Positions 1 to 11,638 of a DNA stretch of 24,066 bases are shown piece after piece. Each line of letters opens with the position of its first letter. The stretch's first letter is position 1. The notes under the pieces are model-generated. The model saw nothing but the letters and a program-made list of their open reading frames with translations, was not told the DNA's origin and ran no database searches. The stretch lies in NCBI GenBank assembly GCA_024626585.2, contig JANKJI020000002.1, positions 19,250,080 through 19,274,145 on the forward strand, read 5' to 3'. A program made the position numbers and the translations under genes. The DNA is from Ginkgo biloba. Lineage: Eukaryota > Plantae > Ginkgophyta.

Positions 1-229
1 TTAGTATAATTTAAAAAATATTAATGAGTCTTAGATGAAAAAATTAATTATTCCCTTAAGACCTAAGGATTCAATTCTTCTTATTGCGTTGGTATGTCTT
101 TCCTTGGTAAAATTAGAATATTTCTCTTATTCTTACTTTGGGTGATATGTTTCAAACTTTATTTGATCTTATGATAGTTTTTTCTAGAAAAATGAGGCCC
201 CATTTATAGGTCAACATAATACAATGGTG

Positions 230-760
230 ATTATGCATGAAAAATCCATTGGTATATTTTTCAAATCAAATGGCATGACTCTTTATGCATATGACCCCCA
301 TTCAGTGGTAAAGTTTATTTTTAATTTTTCATCTAGGTGTATCTAAATTTGATTGTACCCTAAAAAACCATTCATGAAGGAGTAAATATCCATTCTTATG
401 ATCTTTTCCAATACTTCTTTAGTGAATTCTACTAGAAAAGGGTCCTTCTTTGTCACACTATTCAACTTACAAAAGTCTATGGATATTCTTAATTTTTAAT
501 TCTTCTTCTTTCCTACTATAATGGGTGAAACCCAATCACTCTAATCTAGTAGATATATACAACATACATGTACAAACTTCTTAATTTCCTCCCAAAATTC
601 CTACTTATACTTGGCATTCATCCTATATGGCCTTTGCCTTACAAGTTTAGCATTATCCTCTAGATCAATTCTTAGTTGACCAATTTATGGAGTGTTTTCT
701 TTGCGGTCATTATATGTGTATGTGAATACATTCACATACTACTTGAGGATGTCACGAGCA
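230..760 (-). pseudogene. Degenerate Ty3/Gypsy reverse transcriptase, N-terminal half (non-chromovirus, Tat/Athila-like)
   Basis: Hand translation of the minus strand in one frame gives ILK*YVNVFTYTYND...LRIDLEDNAKLVRQRPYRMNAKYK*EFWEEIKK...SDWVSPIIVGKKKN*KLRISIDFCKLNSVTKKDPF...IYSFMNGFLGYNQI*IHLDEKLKINFTTEWGSYA*RVMPFDLKN. This matches the Gypsy RT motifs SEWVSP, DFRKLN, SFMDGFSGYNQI and MPFGLKN. Several in-frame stops. Confidence 0.92.
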
Positions 761-1977
761 ATCACAATTATTTGTTCATCCTAGTAGTCATCCACTTTAA
801 TGGTGCAATTTTCCTAACCTTAACTAATTGAATATTGTATGTATTATATGATTGTTGATCAAGTTAACCTATGTCTACCAATGTAGATTTCACATAGACT
901 TCATAGAGTTTTACTTCTTCCTTTAGAAGGTTTTTTAGGATTGGTTGAATGTCCTCACGCCTAAAAAAAAAAAAAAAACATTATCACAACAAAATACAAA
1001 CTTCATCATGTTGTGTAGTGTGATCTACAACTAGTTGGATACTTCCCCTTCCTTCATGATGGCATGTACTAGTTCTAGAAAATATAATTTCACTAATCCA
1101 CTATATACATCCATCCAACACTATACTTCATACATTATTTACANNNNNNNNNNNNNNNNNNNNNNNNNNNNNNNNNNNNNNNNNNNNNNNNNNNNNNNNN
1201 NNNNNNNNNNNNNNNNNNNNNNNNNNNNNNNNNNNNNNNNNNNNNNNNNNNNNNNNNNNNNNNNNNNNNNNNNNNNNNNNNNNNNNNNNNNNNNNNNNNN
1301 NNNNNNNNNNNNNNNNNNNNNNNNNNNNNNNNNNNNNNNNNNNNNNNNNNNNNNNNNNNNNNNNNNNNNNNNNNNNNNNNNNNNNNNNNNNNNNNNNNNC
1401 ATCTACTTTCTTTGACCCTTAGTGTGGAATCAAAATAAGTCAACTTATGTTGTTATTGGAAACCTTTTATTGTGTTAAGAAATAAGTTTAGATGTTCCTT
1501 GACATTTGAATCTACTTTAAATTATAATTATATAAACTTGATTAGTTTTTTTAATATGTCACCCTCTTCTTTCATTATGATACAAAAGATATCAAAATAG
1601 TATAGTTCATGTGTCTTTTTTTTTCATTCTATGACTAAATCATTGGAGTCACCTATATCTTTGATCTAATGCTACCAAAACTAATAATTCCATCATCATT
1701 AGATTCATTAGTTTCCTTTACATATGCATAAATGTTCTCAACATCTTGGTAAAAATGGGAGTCACTTATAAACTCTAATTTAGATGAATATGTATCCTCT
1801 TTAATAATATACCATGACTGTTTACTCAAATTTAAATGAACATATAGGAAGGTTGGACCTTATTTAAATTCCATCTAGTCCTATTCAATGATAATGGATC
1901 TTCTCATTGATTTANNNNNNNNNNNNNNNNNNNNNNNNNNNNNNNNNNNNNNNNNNNNNNNNNNNNNNNNNNNNNNN

Positions 1978-2768
1978 TTAAACCACTATGCATCAATATT
2001 TTATTAAAGTGTTTTAATGTTTTATGTTAATTAAACACTTTACATTATTGATTTATTGTAATATCTTATTATTCACTTTATTGTGTAATAACAATTATGT
2101 AACTTAGGCCATATGACACACTTAGTTAATAATTATTAATTATGTGAGTATATGGAATAAATATTATAGTATAAGTCTTTCATATTAGAAATAGATTAAT
2201 TTAGTATGGTCTATTTTGTGAGTAAAAATTAAGGGTGCGCCATTTCTCCACCATTGGTTAAGGGAGTTCTTGCATATGTCTATTTTTGGTATGGCCTATT
2301 ATCACCAATGGTTGTTAAAGTTAATTCATTTAATTTTCACATTTCTATTGTTGACCATTGACTATTCTTAGCCTTGAGACATGCATAGGCTAAGAGAGGG
2401 TCACATATATACTCTTTGTAAAAACCTTTGTGATATTATTATGATTATTCTTAGAGGATTTTTTAAAAGAGTAATTAATTTATATTGATTGAATTTATTC
2501 TCTAAGTCTATGTAGGGTTTTGAGAGAGAAGGTTAAGTGTGTGAAAAATCATCATCCTCTATTCATCAAATCCTCATAATATTTAAGAAAATTTTCTCAC
2601 ATGCTTGAATAGTCCTTATAGTACTCATTGATAGGGATTTTTCTATCAATTTTTCATACTTGGAACATATTATCCATCTTGGGTTACCCTTGTATAATTT
2701 TTAAGTATATTTTTGATTCAGTATTTTGCAATTTCTCTTTAGTTACTAGAACCTATAGTATCACACCA
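1978..2768 (+). mobile_element. Decayed 5' LTR (probably Copia-like); left end lost in the gap
   Basis: Ends ...tcacacCA immediately before a tRNA-Met PBS-like motif. TATA-like catatata near 2403, and a gggttaccct-tgtataattt U5-like motif near 2681. Confidence 0.5.
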
Positions 2769-2770
2769 AT

Positions 2771-2782
2771 TAGCATCAGAGT
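2771..2782 (+). promoter_or_regulatory. Degenerate tRNA-iMet primer binding site
   Basis: tagcatcagagt versus the canonical TGGTATCAGAGC: three differences, all transitions, 2 nt after a CA end. Confidence 0.55.
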
Positions 2783-3289
2783 TTAGTTTGATCTGTACAA
2801 AATTTATTTTGTTGTAGATGAGTTATAGGACTAGTATCAATCATTTCTTGAGTTGCATGCAAAAATGCACATTTTTAGAATTTTTTTCATTGAGTTTTTG
2901 GAATATTTTAGATGGTACTGTGTGAACACACCCATATTATATTTTTGTATATTATTAGAGTTTGAAACAATGTAGTATTCACTATGAAAGCATACACTGA
3001 CATGATATTAATTACAAACAAATGCATAGATGAAATAATCCTCTATAAACATATGCACAAATGAAACATTACCAAAATTATGATCATATAGAATGGAGAA
3101 TAAGGATTCTCGTGAGGAAGTCAATCTTAGAAAATAATAAATTTCAATCCTTAAACTTGAGTTGTAGAGTGTGCAGATAAGTTTAANNNNNNNNNNNNNN
3201 NNNNNNNNNNNNNNNNNNNNNNNNNNNNNNNNNNNNNNNNNNNNNNNNNNNNNNNNNNNNNNNNNNNNNNNNNNNNNNNNNNNNNNTGC

Positions 3290-4650
3290 ACTAAATACAC
3301 CTATCCCTCCATTGTATTATAAATATGTGTGTGTTTATGTAATGGACATGTTCAATAATAGTTCTTCCTCACTCCATGGTTTCCCAAAAAATAATCCATT
3401 TTTATTGCTCATAGTTCTTTCCATTACATTTTATTTTTCAAGTTTACTAATTTAAGTTGTGTTTTGTAGATAGTTCTTGACTTCTTTCCTTTTTTTCATC
3501 TATTTCATTGAGGGTTGGTATATTTTACTTAATAAGAATTGTAAAACAATGTTCCTTTTCCATCATCATATCAACATTTCCAAATTGACCTCTTAACACC
3601 ACTTAGATCCCGTAGGTGTTATGTTAGTGAACTCCTTTTAGGAAGAATTTTAACATCTTGAGTGGCTACTCTTGATGATCATTACTGTCTCAATAATTAT
3701 TAATAGGAATATCATTGATACCTCTATTATTATTTATCATAAGTGATATTTCTAATTCATGTTCATCTTTTATTTCTAGAATAATTATGTACATTTAGAC
3801 TAGATATTTGGGTTTCTTGCACTAGTCATATAGCCTTTGTCACTATATAGCCAAATGTTGAAAATTTATTCTATCTTTAATATAATCTTAATGATTCATA
3901 TAATTTCTCTTCATTATATCATCTAAGTATCAGGGGCTTATCCATACCAATTAATGCTAATGTTGGTTTTGATTTACTGGTGTTAGTTCTTAGTCCTTAT
4001 TTCTAGAGATTATGAGGAATGCTATGATTCATTTTCCTTAATTATTTAGTAAATCAACCTAGAATTAGTAGAAATTACCATCTATCCTAATAATTTCCTT
4101 TTAAATAACCCTATGACTAACACTAATTTTGATCACTCATTCAACCAAACCAAACATTCAAAATACTACTTGGTTCCTTTCTTATATCATTAAGGTTCTA
4201 GATCATGGTCATATTATAGACAATTCAACATAAAGTTGAATGATTTAAATAGGTGGTTCCTCCATTAGTTTCGAGTCGTAACTTCCCTTTGAAATAAATT
4301 TGAAATATCTTATTTAAGAAAGGGAGAAGAGGGGAGTGAAGAAGAGAGAAGAAGGACAAATAAAGTATGAGTTACAAGTAGTTCATCAATGTTGAAATAA
4401 AATATTTCTCAAATTATGCTATTTTTATGCTTTAATATTTCCCTTCTTGACCTTTCTCTACACTAGCTATGTGCTTCACTTTTGAAATATAACATAGCCT
4501 CTTTTAAAAACTATGATTTCTTTAACAACATATAATCCTTACTTGAAATAGATAACCTCTACGAGGATCTTCTAAAGGCATCAATCATTTACCAACCTTA
4601 ACACATATTTCCACATGTTATGGAAACCCTTCCCACTAAGTCTTGATACT
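3290..4650 (-). pseudogene. Possible highly decayed Gypsy gag region, including a CCHC zinc-knuckle relic at 3789-3830
   Basis: Minus strand 3830-3789 reads tat gac tag tgc aag aaa ccc aaa tat cta gtc taa atg tac. This has exact C-x2-C-x4-H-x4-C spacing if tgt>tat, cat>tat and tgc>tac transitions are reversed. Near 4500, EAMLYFKSEAHS*C resembles the gag A.LYL.G.A..WW motif. Boundaries are uncertain. Confidence 0.4.
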
Positions 4651-5229
4651 ACTCTGATCTATTGGGTCACTAATACNNNNNNNNNNNNNNNNNNNNNNNN
4701 NNNNNNNNNNNNNNNNNNNNNNNNNNNNNNNNNNNNNNNNNNNNNNNNNNNNNNNNNNNNNNNNNNNNNNNNNNNNNNNNNNNNNNNNNNNNNNNNNNNN
4801 NNNNNNNNNNNNNNNNNNNNNNNNNNNNNNNNNNNNNNNNNNNNNNNNNNNNNNNNNNNNNNNNNNNNNNNNNNNNNNNNNNNNNNNNNNNNNNNNNNNN
4901 NNNNNNNNNNNNNNNNNNNNNNNNNNNNNNNNNNNNNNNNNNNNNNNNNNNNNNNNNNNNNNNNNNNNNNNNNNNNNNNNNNNNNNNNNNNNNNNNNNNN
5001 NNNNNNNNNNNNNNNNNNNNNNNNNNNNNNNNNNNNNNNNNNNNNNNNNNNNNNNNNNNNNNNNNNNNNNNNNNNNNNNNNNNNNNNNNNNNNNNNNNNN
5101 NNNNNNNNNNNNNNNNNNNNNNNNNNNNNNNNNNNNNNNNNNNNNNNNNNNNNNNNNNNNNNNNNNNNNNNNNNNNNNNNNNNNNCCACTCTCTTTTCCA
5201 CCAATTTTAATATTTTCCTCTATCACACT

Positions 5230-5800
5230 TACAAAGTCCATATTAATAAAAGAGAAATGGATAAAGTATATAGGGTGAATATGACCTTATGGTATTATTT
5301 TTATGGGTATTTATTTATTTTTCCTAAAATTTATTTTGGGGTTTCACTCATCGTAGGTATTTTATGATATAGCACAATATCCACCATTCATATTTTTGGA
5401 AGGAATATTTACATAGATCATATCCTTCATTGGATGGATGGTTGCATGGAATTCGTGACTAAGAGACTCTTTGCATTAACAGAAAGTATTTAGTTACATG
5501 AATAGTCATGTGATATTATCTCTATATATGCATTGCACCTTTTTTATCCATAGCTTATCTATTTAAAAGAGCCTTGGGTATTATATTCATATGTTGTATA
5601 TTTTTTATTTTCACATTAGCTTGTTTTATTTGAGTTACAAGAATTCCTCCCTTCTTAAATAAGCTTAATATAGTTATTATTATTCTATCCAAATGTTTCT
5701 TATTCATTTGTACTTGTATGGAATCTCATTTGGATTCATGTGTTTAATTTTAGATTTTATTATTAAATAGAGTAGAAGTATAACTTATGATTTCATAGAG
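5230..5800 (+). mobile_element. LTR remnant related to the LTRs at 7452, 19693 and 21955 (CRM-like)
   Basis: Shares collinear blocks with the 7452 LTR: atgaccttatgg (5281/7512), tatccaccat (5378/7606), ggatggatgg (5432/7660) and atctatttaa.aga..ccttgg (5557/7777). The ends are not clearly defined. Confidence 0.7.
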
Positions 5801-6160
5801 TTTAAAAGTCACTATTAGAATCCCAGCATTGGTACATGTGCAGGGATCTACATGAAGTAGAAGAATCAACAGAAAGTCTAAATATCATAGAAGAGCAGGT
5901 ATTGGACATCATAAGTGTGTACCAAGGAGGCAAAGGGTACAGATTTCGAAAGCCAGTCCTGGGAAACATGCAAGTATGGCATGAGAGGTGCTAGTGCATC
6001 CCAAACATATCAGAACTCCCAGAGTGCAACTCTTGGCCTTATACAGCTTAATTATGTAAAAGTTAGACACGAGCTGGCAATTGACCTTACAATAAGTGAA
6101 GGATATGGAAGTGGAACCCTAGGAGCTGTTTGTTAACATATGCTAGACACCCATTAAAAC

Positions 6161-6267
6161 TGTTAGGAATCACAGATCACAGAGCAATAACAAAATAATG
6201 CGGAAATAAAATACAGAAGAAGACAAAACACAAGAGAGACAGAATATACGTGGTTCACCCAATATGG
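6161..6267 (-). mobile_element. 3' (U5) end of a younger Copia-type LTR in reverse orientation, running into a gap
   Basis: Starts TGTTAG on the plus strand (=...CTAACA end), then an A-rich tract, then acaagagagacagaatatacgtggttcacccaatatgg, the typical antisense reading of plant Copia U5. CpGs are retained. Confidence 0.65.
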
Positions 6268-6367
6268 NNNNNNNNNNNNNNNNNNNNNNNNNNNNNNNNN
6301 NNNNNNNNNNNNNNNNNNNNNNNNNNNNNNNNNNNNNNNNNNNNNNNNNNNNNNNNNNNNNNNNNNN

Positions 6368-7447
6368 TCTACTGAAGCAGATTACTCTACTCATGACAAA
6401 GATCTTTATGCAAGAAAGCTCTTGTGTGGTCTCTCAAATTTTTATTCCAATACTTGCTTAGCAAGTATAAAGTTGTCTATACCACTTTATACTAATATAT
6501 AAAGTAGGTATATTAATTTTAATTATTTTACATTATCATCAAATATAATAAAGGGGTGAAAAATAAAACAACTAATTTCTTGAGTAGGTTACCACTTATG
6601 AGCCTCATGAGCACTTAAAAAACTAAGTGCCTTAGTTATCCAACATGGAAGGAGATATATATACATGATATAGACTTTTTAAATGTCTTTTTAGCTCTTT
6701 ATCATCCCTCGTAGATCCATTAAGAGATTTTCTTAAACTATTAGATGGATGATGGTTTTCTCTATAGGTTGGGCAAGTTATGTGTTCTATGTAGTTCGTG
6801 TGGAACATAGGTATTTAGAGAGTCATATTTATCTTTATATGGTGGACACTTTAGAGTGTCTAATACCCATTATCAATTTAAAAGATATTTATTTTGGAAA
6901 AGAATGCAGAAGCAAGTGAATACATTTATCTTCCAATGTTCTTTTTACAATTAATATAATCCAAATAACAAAAAAGAAGATTTGTAATGGATTTTAGACG
7001 TTGGAAATTCATTTATATGGATTTCATTAATGGTTCTTTCATGACACTATGGAATCATAATTTAGTTTGCATGATTATGGAATGATTTAGTAAAATGGTT
7101 GTTTTCATTACTTGTGTTAAATCCATTAATATCTCAAGGATATATTAATTTTTCCTTGCCCGTGTGTGGACTTACTTTGGAATTCTTTCTGGCATTATTT
7201 CTTATAGGGTTTCCCACTTTTTTATTCACTTTCATCTATCATTTTGGATATTTTGGGAAACTAATTTAGAATTATCTACTATATTCCATCCATAGACTAA
7301 TGGACAAATTTAAGTGATAAATCATACTCTTATTCACCCCTTGTGCATCAACTAGGATAATCCCTAGAGTTGGGATATTTATTTGTGATACATCTATCAT
7401 GGGTATAATAATTATGTACACTTTTATATAGGCCAATCTTCTTTGAG
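6368..7447 (+). pseudogene. Chromovirus (CRM-like) Gypsy RNase H C-terminal part plus integrase zinc-finger and core, degenerate
   Basis: Translates to YSTHDKDLYA...QYLLSKYKVVYT...IIKYNKGVKNKTTNFLSRLP (RNase H), then DGFLYRLGKLCV...YGGHFRV...RYLFWKRMQKQVNTFIFQC (HHCC), WKFIYMDFI...FSKMVVFITC...VWTYFGILSGIISYR...STIFHP*TNGQI*VINHTL...SWDIYL...GYNNYVH (DDE core). Many stops; ends abruptly at the LTR starting 7452. Confidence 0.93.
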
Positions 7448-7451
7448 ATTA

Positions 7452-7980
7452 TGATACAAGAGGTATAAAGGTATTTATAGGAGGTCCTATGGAATAATTA
7501 TTCATAGGACTATGACCTTATGGAATATTTATGTGGATTTAATTATTTTCCTACATATTAAATAAGAGTTTTTCTCTCCATATATTTTCTCCTTATGTAG
7601 TATAGTATCCACCATATGTAATTGAAGAAGAACTCCTTACATGGATAAAGTACTTAGTGGGATGGATGGATTTCAAAGACTTAGAAATTAAAGATTCCTT
7701 ACATGTATTCAATTGCATGAGTGGTTATATGAACTCATCTCTGCTCATGCAACACTCTATTTTAGGACTATATATCATCTATTTAAGAGATCCTTGGACT
7801 TCATATTTTGATATTATTATTATTAATTCTAAGTCATTATTCTATCCATTTTTTATCTTTTCTCTTTTTTCATAGAATATCTTCTTTAGATTCTCTTATC
7901 TAGATTCTTAATTGGATAATTTAATTTTTAAAGTTATCCTTGTATTATTATAGGTTTATGATGTCTCTATTAAATCACTA
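7452..7980 (+). mobile_element. 5' LTR of a CRM-like element abutting (probably inserted into) the preceding integrase
   Basis: Begins TGATAC and ends near ...aaATCA (7977). Followed by a PBS-like motif and then gag-PR-RT in order. Homologous blocks with the other three LTRs. Confidence 0.75.
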
Positions 7981-7984
7981 ACTT

Positions 7985-7995
7985 TGGATCAGAAC
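7985..7995 (+). promoter_or_regulatory. Degenerate tRNA-iMet PBS
   Basis: tggatcagaac versus TGGTATCAGAGC: one deletion and one transition, located just after the LTR. Confidence 0.55.
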
Positions 7996-8076
7996 AACTA
8001 GCATTACACAATGTAGCATAAAACATCTAAGCAATTTCAAGAGATCACAATAGTGTAATTATTTGAGTATTCTTGA

Positions 8077-8136
8077 TGAGAATAATTCCATTATTCTCAC
8101 TTATTTGTGAGGATAATTCTATTATTATCCACTTAT
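8077..8136. repeat. Tandem palindromic unit of about 31 bp (at least 2 copies, then a 29-N gap)
   Basis: tgagaataat-tcc-attattctca is a perfect 10-bp stem; the second copy tgaggataattctattattatccacttat starts at 8108. Confidence 0.75.
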
Positions 8137-8859
8137 NNNNNNNNNNNNNNNNNNNNNNNNNNNNNCAAAGAATAAATTAACTTTAGATCATAACAAATGG
8201 CATCACCTAAGATAATAGAAAACTTGTAATTAGTTAGTATAGGCCACAATAATACAACTTATTCAATGTTATTAGTTTTCTAAATAACTTCCATAACTTT
8301 GAGGATTTTATATTAGAATCTAGTATTGAGTATATATCAATCAATATCAAACTTATATGATTTTTGGGGCAAGGAGTATTTATTCTATATTTTTAACCAT
8401 GTTTTCTTTTGATTTATTCTATGGCCAATATAAGATCCATGCATAGCATTATATACCAAAATATGGGGAATCAATTTGATTAAAGGGAAGGATAATTAGA
8501 GAGTATAACACCTCTAAAAAATACTTTTATAGTAGGGACAACCTCTAAGTATGAGAGGTACTAGCTAAGTCAACTAGGAGAGTATATTAAGGGGAATCTC
8601 GAGCATCAAGTGCAGTAGATGTAGGTGATGATCCATTAGATGAGGAAGGAGAGAAATAAAATGAAAATAATGAGGATAGAGATTATCAGTCATATGGCCC
8701 AAGTGTAAGCTCAAATTTTAGCACTAAGAGTACCACTAGTGGTAGTACCAATGCAATTAGTTTAGAATTATTCTTCCCCTCATAGTACCTATTTTTTTAA
8801 TACTCCCATTTTATTACCTCATTCTTATTCTACTTCTATTGTCAATACAAATTTAGAAC

Positions 8860-9370
8860 AAAATCCATTTTAGATGGAGTTTAAAGTGGATATTAAAGTT
8901 TTTAATGGTAAAAATGAATGTGGAATCCTTATAATCTTAGGTTCAAGCTCTTGAAGTATATTATTCTTATCAATCATACTCTGACATATAACATATTATT
9001 CTTTCCCATTTGAATATGTCCCCAAAATATTTTCTTTAATAGGAATCTTATTTCATGGAAAGAGAATAAGAAAAAAATCCCCAATCATATCATGGTTGGA
9101 TTATAAAAAGGATTTAAGATCAATTTTTACCCCCTTAGATATGAGAATGAATTAAATGGCAGAATTTATATAAAAATAAAAACAAACTCTTAAAGACTAT
9201 TATGAAGAATTCAATAACCTTTCCATTTTACTAGAGATTTACAAGCCTAAGGAGAAATTTCTTATTAAACTTATCGAATGACTTCATAACTAGATATAAC
9301 ATGAAGTGGAAGTAATTCCTATTTTGTCTTCATAGGAGGATTTCAAATTTTATTTTAAGGTTGAGGCATA
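8860..9370 (+). pseudogene. CRM-like gag remnant
   Basis: PF*MEFKVDIKVFNG...VQALEVYY..., a QFYPLRY-like motif, and KQTLKDYYEEFNNLSILLEI...KLIE*LH...HEVE...KVEA. These match retrotransposon gag motifs (DIP.F.G, QSV.EY.EEF, GL...I..EV). Frameshifts and stops. Confidence 0.8.
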
Positions 9371-9696
9371 AAAGAATGATCCCTAATCCTTTCAAGGAAA
9401 AATAAAACATAAAACCAACTTTTCCACCTCTTATACACATTCTAGTAGAGATAATAATAAACTTAGTTTTGATCATTGAAAGAGATGTGTTCATTGNNNN
9501 NNNNNNNNNNNNNNNNNNNNNNNNNNNNNNNNNNNNNNNNNNNNNNNNNNNNNNNNNNNNNNNNNNNNNNNNNNNNNNNNNNNNNNNNNNNNNNNNNNNN
9601 NNNNNNNNNNNNNNNNNNNNNNNNNNNNNNNNNNNNNNNNNNNNNNNNNNNNNNNNNNNNNNNNNNNNNNNNNNNNNNNNNNNNNNNNNNNNNNNN

Positions 9697-9980
9697 CTTC
9701 AAATCAAATATAAGGTTGTTCTAATGATTCTAGGTAGTGGGATCTAAAAGAACTTGATTTTTTTAATTATGGTGTAGGAGCTATGACTTGATATAATTGA
9801 CAACCCCAAAACATATGAGATCAACAATAGGAATAAGGACAATAGTGACCAAGTTATTAAGTAATGTTCATTCAAATTTTATATTGCAAATAAATGTGTG
9901 GATGAAATCACATGTGAAATTATCCTAATGGATTATGCTAATATTTTCTTAGGCATTATATTTTTGAATGATAAGATAGG
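9697..9980 (+). pseudogene. CRM-like aspartic protease remnant
   Basis: VVLMILGSGI*KNLI...NPKTYEI...QVIK*CSFKFYI...DEITCEIILMDYANIFLG..FLND, versus the CRM-type pattern IIDSGSQKNLIS...HP.PY...DEV.CDVVP.D...LLG.P...D. The catalytic Asp is lost. Confidence 0.85.
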
Positions 9981-10224
9981 AAAAATCATTCCCTATTATA
10001 TATAGTATCGATTGTAAAAAAATGGAAATCCCATCTATATTACATTTGTACCTATACAAAAAAATACCATTTTAGTGAATAACTCTCAAGCTAAGAAGTT
10101 GGTTTAATCGTCACAAACATTTATATTGGTCATACTTAGGAGTTAAAATGAATTGAGTTATAAGACTAATAAGTAGTTAAATTTTTTTATTCATAATGTA
10201 ATGAAAGATCAATATATGAAAGAC

Positions 10225-10944
10225 ATTTTGAAGTAGTATGATGACATATTAAAACTCCTAAGAGCCTTCCTTTAGAGAGGTCCATATCCTATCCTTTTGA
10301 TTTGGTTACTTCTCCATTACCAAATGGATACCCTAATATAAGTTAGTTTTAGAGAATGAAGATATCAAGTGATAATTGGAAGATCTATTAGATAAGGATA
10401 ATATCAAGCCAAGTTACTTTTCACGTGGCTCCCCTGTCATTTCAATTCCCAATAATGGAACATGGTGAATGTGTATTGATTATAATTATATAAATAAAAG
10501 TAAAGTAAAGAAATAATACCCACTTCTATGCATTGATAACCTATTGTATTAGCTTTAAGGAGAAAAATTATTTAGCAAGATGAATTAAAATATAGATGTC
10601 ATCAAGTGCATATCAAGGAGGATGACACTTGTAAGACTACCTTAAAATCCAAGTAAGAGATTTTTGAGTGGTTAATCATGTCTTNNNNNNNNNNNNNNNN
10701 NNNNNNNNNNNNNNNNNNNNNNNTAAATGATCTTATTTGACCTTATATAGACTCATTTTTCATTGTTATTTGGACTTTATTATTATTTTTATCCACACTT
10801 AGGAGGATCACCTCATGCATTTATAGAGGGTCCATTCATTTATAAAGTTATAAGAAAATGAGTTGCAACCAAATATGAATAAATTCCACTTTTCCATACA
10901 CAATATTTCTTGTTTAATATTCATCATTTATGAACATGGGTTTT
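10225..10944 (+). pseudogene. Chromovirus Gypsy reverse transcriptase remnant
   Basis: LEDLLDKDNIKPS...GSPVISIP..GTW*MCIDY..INK...K*YPL.CIDNLL..L*GEKLFSK...HQVHIKEDDTCKT..K...FEWLIM. The YLDD motif is decayed to YLDF at 10767-10778, followed by EDHLMHL. Truncated at a 100-N gap. Confidence 0.93.
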
Positions 10945-11044
10945 NNNNNNNNNNNNNNNNNNNNNNNNNNNNNNNNNNNNNNNNNNNNNNNNNNNNNNNN
11001 NNNNNNNNNNNNNNNNNNNNNNNNNNNNNNNNNNNNNNNNNNNN

Positions 11045-11310
11045 TCAAGGTTTCTATGTTTTGATTTGTTGTTTTGTTGTTGAATGCATCAACGAATCCA
11101 TTCTTTTGTGGCCAATTTGCTAGTGTATGTCTTAATTTCTAATTGTGTAGCCCAAGTTAAGGTTTTGTGGCTCAATTCATGAAATGCATTAAACAAATCA
11201 TTGTTCTGTGGCCTGATTTATTGTTCTATGGCATGATTTGTCATTGTTTATTGGCCCAATTTGTGGTTTCGTGGCTTGATTCATCATTCTATGGCAAGAT
11301 TCCTAAAATG
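11045..11310. repeat. Degenerate 20-bp minisatellite
   Basis: Units ttgttctgtggcctgattta / ttgttctatggcatgatttg / tggtttcgtggcttgattca / tcattctatggcaagattcc / ttcttttgtggccaatttgc; approximate consensus TTGTTCTGTGGCCYGATTTG. Confidence 0.8.
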
Positions 11311-11638
11311 CATGAGGGAAACTAAAGTTTTATTAGAATTAAAGGTGTTGCAACTATGTTTTGAAGCCAAGTGATGCTAGGCACATGTTTTTTTAACCTA
11401 TTTTATTCCTTCTAGTGATTGAATGTTGTTTTCTAACTTTAAATTCATTTGCTTTCCTAAAATAAAGAAGACATTTTCTTCTTTTAACTTATTTGGTGAA
11501 GTTCGTGAAAGATGCAGTCCATAAAGCAATTTAGTGTTGTAGATGTTGGTGCCAAAAAAATATATTGTTGTAAAATATAGTAAAAAATCTTATATAAGTG
11601 ACAATTTTCCCTTTCTAGTATCATGTGGCTGATTAAAT

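Noticed and set aside
964-978. Poly(A) run as a retroposon tail
   Set aside because: No TSD or SINE/LINE body upstream; treated as a simple mononucleotide run.
1400-1913. GDS..LVI-like additional RNase H motif on the minus strand near 1630-1665
   Set aside because: A single weak motif with no supporting neighbours.
4317-4357. Long purine tract as a PPT
   Set aside because: No adjacent TG-starting LTR could be identified; low-complexity GA sequence.
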